Shown: positions 1 through 10,956, numbered from the stretch's first letter. The stretch: 26,470 nucleotides of DNA from Octopus sinensis (GCF_006345805.1 NW_021834736.1:1-26470), one strand, 5' to 3'. Notes: generated by a model from the letters alone, not told the origin. A program made the numbers and translations.

Positions 1-19
1 CACGTACGAAATATTAAGT

Positions 20-105
20 TCAGGGGTAGATTTTTTCCACTAAAATCCTTTAAGGTTGTGCTCCAGCATGACCGCAGTCAAATGACTGAACCACGAAAAA
101 AAGAG
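20..105 (+). mobile_element. 3' tail of SINE type A (tail only)
   Basis: GGTTGTGCTCCAGCATGACCGCAGTCAAATGACTGAA matches the tail of the full copies at 8567-8970 and 10049-10454. Confidence 0.8.
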
Positions 106-616
106 AATACAGCTGTAGAAACATGCTCAATAATATAACATCTTAAATGCAAAAATGCTTATTTGTTGTGTTAAGTTTTACGAAGTATAGACGGGTCTCG
201 CTAAACCCTGACAGTATTACACTATCATGGTGAAAGTATATATCTTATTGGTATACTTTATCAGTGTTTTAGCAAATAAGTGGGGGTTTTTTATACAGTT
301 ACGTTTGCATCTTCGTATGAACAAATAATCTGTTCAGCAAATTATATAAGACTACAATGGAATGGCGGGATAGGAATTTTCTGAATGGAATAAATAGATA
401 GATATATGGCTATGAGAGGTAGTGGGAAGCATGCCCTTTCCTATAAACATAGGTACATACAGAAGTATATCCGTATGCATCGAAGTCGTTCGCATTTATA
501 CATGTACATTTAGAATATGTAGGGAGATAGTGAAAGGAGATAACCCCAAGACTGTGCGGGATCAATGATGAGAACAACAACAATTATACCCCCTACGGCA
601 ACGATAACACCATGAT

Positions 617-755
617 AATCTTTTCTGTTACAGTCACAAGGACTGAAATTTTGGAGATGGGGAAATTCTATCACATCGACCCCACTACTTGAATTGTACT
701 TAATACATGGCCCCCAAAAAGACGAAAGGCAAAGTTAACCACGTGGTATTCAAGT
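617..755 (-). mobile_element. Degenerate SINE type C fragment
   Basis: CACAAGG...ATCGACCCC...GAAAGGCAAAGT aligns by eye with the type C copies at 14733-14918 and 10956-11058. Confidence 0.55.
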
Positions 756-890
756 GATGCACCAGTGAACTGGATGTTTTATACACCCCTTTGAAGCAAA
801 TCCTTTTCATAGTTTGTTTACTTTATACATATAAATGTGTGGGTGCGTGCGTTTGTGTGTGTACATAATAATACTAATAATAACATTAAT

Positions 891-892
<2 letters not shown>

Positions 893-945
<53 letters not shown>
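893..945. repeat. (TA)n microsatellite
   Basis: Direct reading. Confidence 0.95.
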
Positions 946-947
<2 letters not shown>

Positions 948-1001
948 AATTTATATATTCCTGTATAAGTTATATAATTACACACACACACGCAAACACT
1001 C

Positions 1002-1113
<112 letters not shown>

Positions 1114-2494
1114 CTATATTTACTCGTGCCTATTGTATGTGTATATATATGAGTGTGTAAATAATTGGTTTTTGTATGAGTACACATCTCTGCGTATGCG
1201 TAATCTATATTCCTGTATGCATTCGTAACTAAAATTTTGGCTAATTTTAGTTGTAATCTGACGTGCTTTTGTTGGTACGCTGTTTCTTTCAAATGTTCAA
1301 ATATAATTTATAAGAACACTTTTCAACTGTTCTTGTCGTTTTTACTTCTCCCAATATCTCTCATCTTCACCTATTTCTAACCTCAACTTCAATGGAATCG
1401 TTTGATTTAAAGCACGAATATAAATCGTGAACCTGAAACACGCAATACGAAACAACCACTATTTAGCACCTAACACACGGTACCCTGTAATTTACCGACC
1501 TCCAAAACCACCAACCAACAAAAGCCGATAACCAGGTGACAGCTGAAGACATTCTTACTTTTACCATTAATGAATCATATTCTAAATCGGAGAATATTCA
1601 GGAAAAAAAAGTTAATAGCAATAAGTGCATATTTCTTGCCTTGGTCACCTCCAAGCCATGTAATTCGTTTTCCAAGAAACGGTCGCAAGTTATATAATAA
1701 TAATAATAATAATATATTTTTCATGTGGAAAGATTGCTACGAAATACGCTTGCCAATATTTAAATTAAAAACCGTTAATGTTTGAACGTGTTTGCTCTTG
1801 GCAAAGATCTATGTATTGTCTGCCATTTCGTGCTGTGTATCTCATTTCTTCTGAAGAGATTTTTGAAATATTAGACCATTCTGAAAGGTGCGGTTCTTGC
1901 GAAATATTACTGTAAACAGAATTTCACAAAAGATGCTCAAAGTGAACAAAATGTATTCGAAATATAGGAAAAAGTGGATATCGCCTAATTATTAATAAGC
2001 TCATTGCTGTTGTTGTAATATTTTTTCTTTCTTTTTTCTTGCTTACTTTTATGTTCTGTTATTTATTTATTTATTTATTTATTTATTATTTTTTTTATTT
2101 ATTTTTTTGTCAGCCATCACAAAAGACGGTAAAAATTAATTATTTCGCGTTGAAGAATTCCAAGAAAGGACATTATCAATAGCTGTCTTCTATAATAGAG
2201 GAAAGATTCAATTTAGTAAAGATTCTCGGTACACTGTTCCGAGTTAAAACTTGGAAGAGAAGAGGAAAATAATGGCGGGATACAGAATATAAAGAAAGAA
2301 AGAAGGAAAAAAAGAAAGAAAGGACGATGGAAAGAAAGCGAAAAAGAAACGAAAACAGAGAGAAAGAATTAAAAGAAGGACGAGAATGAATGAAATGTAA
2401 TAGCTGAATAATGAAAAGTAATTCAAAGAAATAGTCGTAGAGATATTGTCGAAAGGACAGAAGAATGGGGCTACATGAGTTTGTACAAGATAAA

Positions 2495-2723
2495 TACTAT
2501 CTATAACTACATATGTATATGTATGTATGTGTATATATATATTTATATATATATATGAATATATATATATATATATTCATATATATATATATATACATAT
2601 ATATACATATATAGATATATATATAAACACATATATACACATACATATATAGATATGTATATATATACACACATATATATACATATGTATATATATATAT
2701 AAACACATATAGAGACATATATA

Positions 2724-2754
<31 letters not shown>

Positions 2755-2880
2755 ACATATATATATAATATATATACATGTGTATATATATGCATACATG
2801 AATACATATCTATATATAGACGTATATAGATATATAAATTTATACATATATATATATATTATATATATATATATATATAT
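2495..2880. repeat. Compound (TA)/(CATA)-rich microsatellite array
   Basis: Direct reading. Confidence 0.9.
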
Positions 2881-3204
2881 AAAGGGAAAGTTTACGAAAA
2901 TAATTCATGTATATATGTGAATTGTATGAATAAGATTTCTGTATATATGTGTGCGTGCGAATGAGTATGAAAGTGTGCGTGCGTGCTTCCACGTGTGTGT
3001 GTTTGCACGAGAGAGACGTGTACATGGAAGTAGATTTGTGATTTTTCAATCTCTTCCTTTTCTCACCGAAGTACCAAACTCCAACAGACACGCGTTTTAT
3101 CGCACTTGCCATTGTGATATTATTCAATACTACACCTTTATCAATTTGCACTCTTCGATAGTACACACGCGTGCATATATGCATAGACAGTAGCAGATAG
3201 ACAC

Positions 3205-3269
3205 GGTCGTATATATATATATATAATATATATATATATTTACGAAAATAATTATATATTACGAAAATA

Positions 3270-3310
<41 letters not shown>

Positions 3311-3350
3311 GTGTGTGTGTGTGTGTGCATGTATATGTATATACCTATAC
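3205..3350. repeat. (TA)n/(TG)n compound microsatellite
   Basis: Direct reading. Confidence 0.9.
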
Positions 3351-3604
3351 ATGGATACTGTGATATTTTAAAGTATACAAAGTGCTGGGGTACGTATTTC
3401 GTCAGACTGTAGAACAAACCTTCAACTGCAACACAAATACAATAATTGGGAATATCATTCCGCACCTGCTTTCATACACATCTATGGATGTCCGGATATC
3501 ATAGATTTGAGCGAAATTAATCTCCCCGACCATCAAACTCTGTTAGAAATACAGAACGCAGGACACAGAATTCCCTCGCAATTGATCTGTATTTATAAAC
3601 AAAA

Positions 3605-3992
3605 TGGAAGCACTCCGTCGGTTACGACGACGAGGGTTCCGGTTGATCCGAATCAACGGAACAGCCTGCTCGTGAAATTAATGTGTAAGTGGCTGAGCAC
3701 TCCACAGACACGTGTACCCTTAATGTAGTTCTCGGGGATATTCAGCGTGACACAGAGAGAGTGACAAGGCCGGCCCTTTGAAATACAGGTACAACAGAAA
3801 CAGGAAGTAAGAGTGAGAGAAAGTTGTGGTGAAAGAGTACAGCAGGGATCACCACTATCCCCTGCCGGAGCCTCGTGGAACTTTTAGGTGTTTTCGCTCA
3901 ATAAACACTCACAACGCCCGGTCTGGGAATCGAAACCGCGATCCTATGACCGCGAGTCCGCTGCCCTAACCACTGGGCCATTGCGCCTCCAC
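3605..3992 (-). mobile_element. Full-length tRNA-derived SINE type B with 11-bp target-site duplication
   Basis: Minus-strand head GTGGAGGCGCAATGGCCCAGTGGTTAGG...GGTTTCGATTCC has Pol III A-box and B-box motifs. TATAAACAAAA occurs at 3594-3604 and 3993-4003. Confidence 0.88.
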
Positions 3993-4016
3993 TATAAACA
4001 AAAATAAATTAGACAA

Positions 4017-4356
4017 AGGAGGAGACCTCTTTTGGTCATGAATGGCCATGGAATTGCCCCTAGAAGGTTACCCTCCGAGGCACAAGTCCGGACAAGGTTG
4101 TTTATGGAAGACCCGCATTCAGCCATACATTCCAGGCTCCCCTCTCCACACCACCGATTTTATCCAAGGGAAAGGTAAAGGCTGATACAGCTTGGCACCT
4201 GTGATGTCGCAGCTCATTTCTACAGCTGAGTTAACTAGAGTAACAGGAAATAAAGTGTCTTGCTCAAGAACACAACATGCAGCACTATCCGGGAATGGAA
4301 TTCACAACTTCACGACCGTAAGCTCGACGCTCTAACCACTGAGCCATGCGCCTTCA
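4017..4356 (-). mobile_element. tRNA-derived CORE-like SINE type D
   Basis: Head TGAAGGCGCATGGCTCAGTGGTTAGAGC, then a CORE-like GTGTTCTTGAGCAAGACACTTTATTTC...CAGCTGTAGAAATGAG block. AATTAGACAAA-like flanks lie at 4007-4017 and 4368-4378. Confidence 0.8.
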
Positions 4357-4544
4357 TAAAGTTAGACAATTAGACAAATTATTCAAAATACTGTCCCGCA
4401 CACAGAAGAAATATTGGCATCACACATGACGAAAACGAACTTCAAATCGCTGATACATAAGGACCGAGCAGGTTACCCTGAGTTGGCCAGTGTCCAGGAG
4501 TGCAAGTTGCAAGTTTACATTCAAAATGTTGCAAGGGCTTAGCA

Positions 4545-4800
4545 TATAAATTAACGAGAGAGTTGTCATCCCAAAAATTTATTATGACCTAGAAACGGAA
4601 TACTCACAAAAGACCTAACAATCAAGTGAATATTATTTCAGTTTTATACTTAGAATAAGTTTGATTGAACTTTGAGCAATAATGTCATCGAAAGAAAGCT
4701 GGAATGAGGAAGTTGATCAAGTAGCCAATTCATATTGTGTGAAAGAAATTGGACTGGACCTGTCCACAGAATCAATAACAACAGGATAACAAAAGCAAAA
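4545..4800 (+). pseudogene. Highly decayed RTE-like LINE, RT C-terminal region
   Basis: Frameshifted translation INERVVIPKIYYDLET-ILTK...LSNNVI-RKKAG...RNWTGPVHRINNNRITK follows the RTE pattern (LP.MTYG.ETW.LTK...W.GHV.R...NRWTK). Confidence 0.5.
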
Positions 4801-5040
4801 TAAAATATGCTCATATATATATATATATGCTTGCGCGAGAATCTAATAAGAGAAGAATGAGGTAATAGACGCTTGTCGCGAAAAGTATGTAGATTTGACT
4901 AAGCAAACGGAGATTCGTTCGAAAGTTACAAACTGTTTTTTGATTCTATGTATGTTACTGAGCATTTCAAAATAATCCAATTTGTTTAATGGTGGAAACT
5001 TGATAAAATTATATGTAACTTTTTTGAAATACCTGGTTGA

Positions 5041-5303
5041 TATAGTATTAATTTGAGACAAAACCACTATTATGCAAATCAAACAAAGAAAGACTTAATC
5101 CAATACATTAAAAAATTTATATAAATTAACTTAAAATTGAATAGATCTGAAAACCACCTGATGAATGTCCTTAGAAGAGACACGAAACAATTTTAGTGGC
5201 TAATTTAATTTTATTTAATTTATATAAATTTTTTTATGTATTGGATTAAGTCTTTCTTTGTTTGATTTGCATAATAGTGGTTTTGTCTCTAATTAATATT
5301 ATA
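5041..5303. mobile_element. Fold-back element with 89-bp inverted arms; probable Penelope-like remnant or MITE-like element
   Basis: 5041-5129 is the reverse complement of 5215-5303 with 3 mismatches, and imperfect pairing continues ~15 bp inward. Confidence 0.75.
5151..5201 (+). ncRNA. Minimal type I hammerhead ribozyme-like motif HH1 (degenerate)
   Basis: CCAC-CTGATGA-atgtc..gacac-GAAAC-aatt-TTA-GTGG. Stem I CCAC/GTGG, stem II TGTC/GACA, palindromic AATT loop. Mismatches at 10.1-11.1 and 15.2-16.2. Confidence 0.6.
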
Positions 5304-5419
5304 TAATATTTTACTATAAAATTGGATTCAATCCTAAATCTGATTTTTCCCTGTAAATTTGGATTTATTCCCTAATATTTATTATTATATATATATATAT
5401 TTGTTTATGTGGGTTTCCC

Positions 5420-5545
5420 ATTGATTCCAGTTGCAAACCTCACTAACAAGGCATTGGGCGGTTCGGAAGTAAACCACAAGCATTCGCCAAAACAATGAGC
5501 ATTGACACGGAACCCCTAAACCCGTTGTAGAAGGAACTTCGAAAC
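5420..5545 (-). mobile_element. Very degenerate SINE type A 5' half
   Basis: CACTAACAAGGCATTGG...GAACCC resembles the antisense type A head/CORE region. Confidence 0.4.
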
Positions 5546-5591
5546 CACCCAGACGTGATGCAACTATATCTGTGTTAAATTGTTTAGCTAA

Positions 5592-6011
5592 ATGGTTGTG
5601 TGCCAAGAAGTTTGCATCCCAACTACATGGTTCTGGGTTCAATTTTCCTGTGTGGCACCTTGGGCATTGTCATCCAGTATAGCCTCTGGTTGACCAAAAT
5701 CTTGCGAGTGCATTTGGCAGACGAAAACTGAAAAAAGGCCAACGTATATATATATGTATATATATATATTTTGATCCTTTTTCAGTTTTCGTCTACCAAG
5801 CACTCGCAGGATGCTTATATTATATATATATAGTATATATATATATATATATATATATTTAAATATATATATATTTAAAGGTGTAGCGTTTGTATAGTCT
5901 GGATAGAATTGACATATCGGTTCCATTCTAACAAAACTGTCCGATGAACGGCAACGGGAAACTCAGAGTAATAGGTTTTGTTGAATTTTTGCTGCTTTAA
6001 ATAAATTTATA

Positions 6012-6076
<65 letters not shown>

Positions 6077-6440
6077 TATATCTACGCATATATAAACGTG
6101 GTCCTTTTTCAGTTTTCGTCTACCAAATGCACTCGCAAGATTTTGGTCAACCGATATATATATATTATACACATACATAAATATTCATGTATTTATTTAT
6201 TAATATATTTGTGTGCATGAGGTGCGTCTTTCTGTATGTGTTTGTCCCCCTCCACCGCCTGATAACTGGTGCTGTGTATTTTATGTATCTCTAAGATGTT
6301 CGGTAAAAGAGACCGGGAGAATACGTACCTGGTTTTACAAAAATAAATATTAAATACGAAGCCGACTGTATTTCTTCAAGGCGGTGCCCCATCATGGCAT
6401 CAATTTAATGACCGGAAGAAGTAAAAAAAAAAAAAAAAAA
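5592..6440 (+). mobile_element. SINE type A with an expanded, rearranged central (TA)n and a poly(A) end
   Basis: Head/CORE at 5592-5745 (GGCACCTTGGGCA), 3' half at 6220-6440 (GGCGGTGCCCCATCATGG...GTAAAA). Confidence 0.8.
5925..5986 (+). ncRNA. Minimal type I hammerhead ribozyme-like motif HH2 (core variant)
   Basis: AACAAAACTGT-CCGATGA-aCG-GCAA-CGg-GAAAC-tcaga-GTA-ATAGGTTTTGTT. Stem I of ~11 bp with a bulge, GNRA-capped stem II, self-complementary ACTC-A-GAGT stem III. U4 is C. Confidence 0.55.
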
Positions 6441-7339
6441 TTAAACACTAACGACTAGATGAAACCGTATAGTATTTTCTCAGAGTTCTTTTTATATAAA
6501 ATTCATCACAATATCTGAATGAGATACGTGACTGTCAGTCTTGAAACATCTTCGATAAAAGGCTGATTGTATAGCGTCTCTTATGAGATTGACTAAAAGG
6601 TAAAGATAAACCTGCGTAATAGGATAGACACTGATGCCAACTGTAGGTTCGTATCTATTAAAGTCCTTTAATGGATACGAACTTACGATTCTGGTTTTAA
6701 TTACTAATCGATCCCATGTTCCTATACAAAATGCCACGTAAACAGACACACACACACACACCTAAAATGCTCAACCAGCCATCACTGCAATTACGCAGTG
6801 TAGTTACAATACAATGCAAGATGTTTATGGGATAATATGAAATTTCTTCACTTTTGGGAAAGAAAAAAGCCGCTACTATTGTTGTAGATAAACGTTGTGC
6901 AAATCCATTGATTTCGTTTTTAGATTATTCCAACACAAAACACAAAGAACGAAGCGAGGATTCTTTTTTAACAAGCCTTTGATGTGTGATCACTGTTAAG
7001 AATTAATAATGGCTTCCCTTTAACGTCCAACTTATACTTAGCGCAATGTCCGAACGTATAGTTTAAATGGTGGGTATATATATTTTATATTGCTATATTT
7101 TGTAAATATTTTCAAGGGTTCTTTTCGTCATTATCATTGTTATTTTATGTTATTTTTTTTTCATTTATTTATTTTTTTTGTTGTTTCTTTATTTCTTTAT
7201 TCCTTTCTCCGAAGTTCTTGTCTTAGATTTTGAGTAACGTGTAAGAGGCATCAAATAATACGATCACATTGAATGATTTAATAGTTTTCTCTCTTTCTCT
7301 CTCACTCGCTCTCTTCCTATATGCATAAATTCATACTAC

Positions 7340-7467
7340 ATGAATAGATACATCCATATATATATCTATAGGTGTGTGTATATATATATATATAATATAT
7401 ATATAATATATATATCATTATATATAATATATATATTATATAATAATATTATATCTTGTGTTGTATA

Positions 7468-7541
<74 letters not shown>

Positions 7542-7685
7542 GTATTATATCTATATGTTATATATATATGTTATTTATATATTAAATCTATATGTATATT
7601 ATGTATTTTACCTATATGTGTATATATATGTATAATATATATATATATATATAATGCATACTTACACATACACATATATACATGC
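7340..7685. repeat. Degenerate (TA)n array
   Basis: Direct reading. Confidence 0.9.
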
Positions 7686-8029
7686 ATAGTTCTTTCACTC
7701 TTTTTCCCTTGCTCTTTCTCTCTCCCTCTCTTTCTTCGGCTCCCTCTCTGTTAGCTATTAAGGAAGAGAATTACGGGAATATCAAATTGGACACACGTTC
7801 TCGAATTCAGGAGGGGGGAAACACTTACAAAAGCGGGTGCAGCAACAGGAGGAAGAAGAACAACAGCATCCACAACAAAAACGACAAGAGCAAACGCATA
7901 AATCTTAAATATACTTTGATATTTACTGATTCCTGCGGAGCGATAGAAAACTGCATAGAATACGGAGAGAGATGTTAATGAGCAAAAATACATAAGAGGA
8001 GAATGGAAATAATTAAATGATAATATAAA

Positions 8030-8340
8030 GGAAATTAGGAAAAGAGGAAAGAAGAAACGGAATAGAATTCAAGCAATAAGAAGGAGGGTAATAAGGAAGA
8101 GGAAAAGGATGAGGAGTAGGATGGGAGGAGCAGGGTAATAAGTAGGAGGAGGTGAAGGAGAAGGGAAATAAGAATTAGGAAGAGGAAGAAGCTGGCAAAT
8201 ACGACGACGACTTCGAAGATGAAGATGGAGAATACGACGACGATGAGAACGACGATGACCACCACCACTGCAGTGATCTTGACAGCGATGATGAAGACCA
8301 CCGCCACCACAACGATGGTTAAATCATTGTTATTGTTTTT
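8030..8340. repeat. Purine-rich and degenerate trinucleotide (GGA/GAA/GAC/CAC) low-complexity tract
   Basis: Direct reading. Confidence 0.75.
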
Positions 8341-8545
8341 GTTGAGTGAGAGAACAAAGCATGCCATCAAAACGGCACTGGCGTAAAATGTACGATGCCC
8401 AATATACCCGTCATGGCTACCCGTTTGATGAGGAGTACACCAGGAAGATGCATCAGAACCATATGTGCGTGACATGGTGATCCTATATCAAGATAAACAG
8501 CGAGTGACCACGCAGCTGGGGCCAAGTTAGAGACATGCACACACC
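8325..8545 (-). mobile_element. Probable 3' end of an unclassified retroposon with a degenerate (AAC/AAT) tail
   Basis: Minus strand ends ...TTGATGGCATGCTTTGTTCTCTCACTCAACAAAAACAATAACAAT. It resembles a repeat recalled from octopus DNA; this is not verified. Confidence 0.35.
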
Positions 8546-8566
8546 ACATATTTTAAATTAATGGTA

Positions 8567-8970
8567 GGAGTGGCTGTGTGGTAAGTAGCTTGCTTACCAA
8601 CCACATGGTTCCGGGTTCAGCCCCACTGCGTGGCACCTTGGGCAGGTGTCTTCTACTATAGCTTCGGACCGACAAAAGACTTGCGAATGGATTTTGTAGA
8701 CGGAAACTGAAAGAAACCCGTGGTATATATGTATATATGTATATGTATGTGCGCGTATATGTTTGTGTGTCTGTGTTTGCCCACCCAACACCGCTTGACA
8801 ACCGATTCTGGTGTGGTTACGTTCCCGTAACCTAGTGGTTCGGCAAAAGAGACCGATAGAATAAGAACTAGGTTTACAAAGAATAAGTCCTGTGGTTTGT
8901 TTGCTCGAATAAAGGCGGTGCTCCAGCATGGCCATATTCAAATGACTGAAACAAGTAAAATAGTAAAAGA
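8567..8970 (+). mobile_element. SINE type A, near full length (tRNA head, CORE-like block, central TA/TG repeat, GTAAAAGA tail)
   Basis: GGAGTGGCTGTGTGGTAAG (A box), GGGTTCAGCCCC (B box), GGCACCTTGGGCAGGTGTCTT, tail GGCGGTGCTCCAGCATGG...AATGACTGAAACAAGTAAAA; GTA on both sides. Confidence 0.92.
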
Positions 8971-10048
8971 GTAGCTGGTTATGCCCAAATTACATGGCAA
9001 CAGACCTGCAGTGAGGGGGTGTGGTCCACCATCTACCGTGAAGAAGATGGCAGTGGCGTCAACAAGAAGACAAGACTGAGGACAGTACAGGAGAAAAATT
9101 TTCGTCACAAACCAACAAGATGGCCAGCAATGGAAGATGAAATTAAGATCCGGGTAATAAATGAAACGAATTGCCGTCATTTCGTGTCTACATCAATTAT
9201 AATGAATGAGGCCAGAGTTTGACCAGCGCAAAATGAGATTGAAAATTTTCATGGCGATGCAGGCTGATGTTACCAGTTTATGAACCGCGGTGCATTATTA
9301 ATTAGAACCCATAGTGAGATTGCCCAGAGAATGCCTGATGAATATGAAGACAAAAACCATAGAATTTCACACAGATTTGTAATTAATACTAGAAAACAAA
9401 CGATGTACAACCTCAGCCAATTTGGAAATATGGACAAGATACCCTTCACTTTTGATGTTCCTTCTAACGGGACAGCTGATTTGTTTGGTAATAAAACTGT
9501 GACTGTTAAAACACCAGGTAATGAAAAAAAGTAATTATATAACAGTTCTGTCTTGTTGAGCCGCTGGTACCAAATTACTTCTAGTTTTGATCTTCAAGAG
9601 AATATTTATGCGGGAGGACAAAATTCTAACAGAATTATTATTCACACGCACCAAAAAGGCTGGATAGAAGAAGTGGTGTTCAGCTTTGGTTTGACATAGC
9701 TTTGTCAAGGAGACTAGGTGGTTTACTGAAGATATCAGCTTTATTGGTGTAGGATCAATTTAGGGCTCACAAAACTAAGGCAACAAAGAAAAAGCCACGG
9801 CTGTTAAAATCGTGTAATTTCTGGAGTTCTGACTTCTCAACTACAACCTCTCAATGTGTCAATTAAAAAAGCCCTTGAAAGTTTTTATGAGGGAAGAATG
9901 GGATAAATGGATGAAAATTCCACATTACATTGCACCAACTGGAAGAATGAAAAAGCTATCTATTACACAGGTTTGCCAAATGGTAAAAACTGCGTGGGAG
10001 AAAAGGAAAACTAAGACTTCTGTGAAGTCCTTTAAAAATGTGATGTAA

Positions 10049-10204
10049 GGAGCGGCTGTGTGGTAAGTAGCTTGTTTACCAACCACATGGTTCCTGGTTC
10101 AGTCCCACTGCGTGGCACCTTGGGCAACTGTCTTCTACTATAGCCTCGGGCCAACCAAAGCCTTGTGAGTGGATTTGGTAGACGGAAACTGAAAGAAGCC
10201 CGTC

Positions 10205-10239
<35 letters not shown>

Positions 10240-10454
10240 GTGTGAGTGTTTGCCCCCCCCCCCACCAACAACATCGCTTGACAACCGATGCTGGTGTGTT
10301 TACGTACCCGAAACTTAGAGGTTCGGCAAAAGAGACCGACAGAATAAGTACTGGGTTTACAAAAGAATAGGTCCTGGGGTCGATTTCCTCGACTAAAGGC
10401 AGTGCTCCAGCATGACCACAGTCAGATGACTGAAACAAGTAAATGAGTAGATGA
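10049..10454 (+). mobile_element. SINE type A, near full length
   Basis: Same architecture as 8567-8970; GTAAG at 10045-10049 and 10455-10459 is a probable TSD. Confidence 0.92.
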
Positions 10455-10879
10455 GTAAGTAATGCTTTAGATGGAACAGCTGATGACCTTGTATATGAGA
10501 TTGGTGACAGTTCAGAGTTTGATACTGAGGACGGTGACGGTACAAATGCAGTGATTTTTCTGCTTTTGAAGGTGAATAAAATTCCTCAATAATCTACTGA
10601 CAGTGGTTTTAAAATAGAAGTGAAGAACACCAATAGATCAAACGTAACATTGGAGGTTCGGAAGTCACTGCTGAAAGAACAAGTTGAGACAGGATTTTTC
10701 TGGTGTTCGCTAACGGAGTAAATATTATTCGGTATTCGGCACTCCTTTATTTTTTCCTGATAATCACCTAAATTGAGATGCGTCTAAGCCGCAGAATACG
10801 ATACATTCTAAAAAACCCTGCACAGTTTTCGTACTTCTCTAGCCAAATCCTGGCGTTTTCCAATTTCCTTATTTTCATT

Positions 10880-10956
10880 GTTGCTGTTGTTGTCGTTGGT
10901 GGTGGTCGTAGTAGTAGTAGTAGTAGTAGTAGTAGAAGTAGTAGCAGCAGCAGCAG
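10880..10956. repeat. Compound trinucleotide repeat (GTT)(GGT)(AGT)(AGC)
   Basis: Direct reading. Confidence 0.9.

Larger units (their letters stand above)
8548..10580 (+). pseudogene. pogo/Tigger-like (CENP-B HTH + DDE_1 type) transposase pseudogene interrupted by two SINEs
   Basis: Translated pieces: FKLMV|AGYA-KLHGNRPAVR, WRQQEDK, RWPAMEDEIK, GNMDKIPFTFDVPSN, KTPGNEK, LLV*DQFRAHK (9741-9764), TSQLQPLNVSIKKPLK, VKSFK-CDVS|NALDGTADDL. Many stops and frameshifts; no TIRs identified. Confidence 0.88.

Noticed and set aside
3915-3992. tRNA-like sequence (and similar heads at 4285-4356, 8567-8640 and elsewhere)
   Set aside because: Each is fused to a SINE body and lacks a proper acceptor stem, so these are SINE heads rather than tRNA genes.
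6514-6560. CTGAATGA...GAAAC hammerhead-like spacing
   Set aside because: Extra core base, poor stem II closure, and no stem I or stem III pairing.
7682-7978. ORF after a strong polypyrimidine tract and AG at 7753-7754
   Set aside because: The pyrimidine tract is a decayed (CT)n repeat, the peptide derives from degenerate CAA/GAA repeats, and no donor or homology was recognised.
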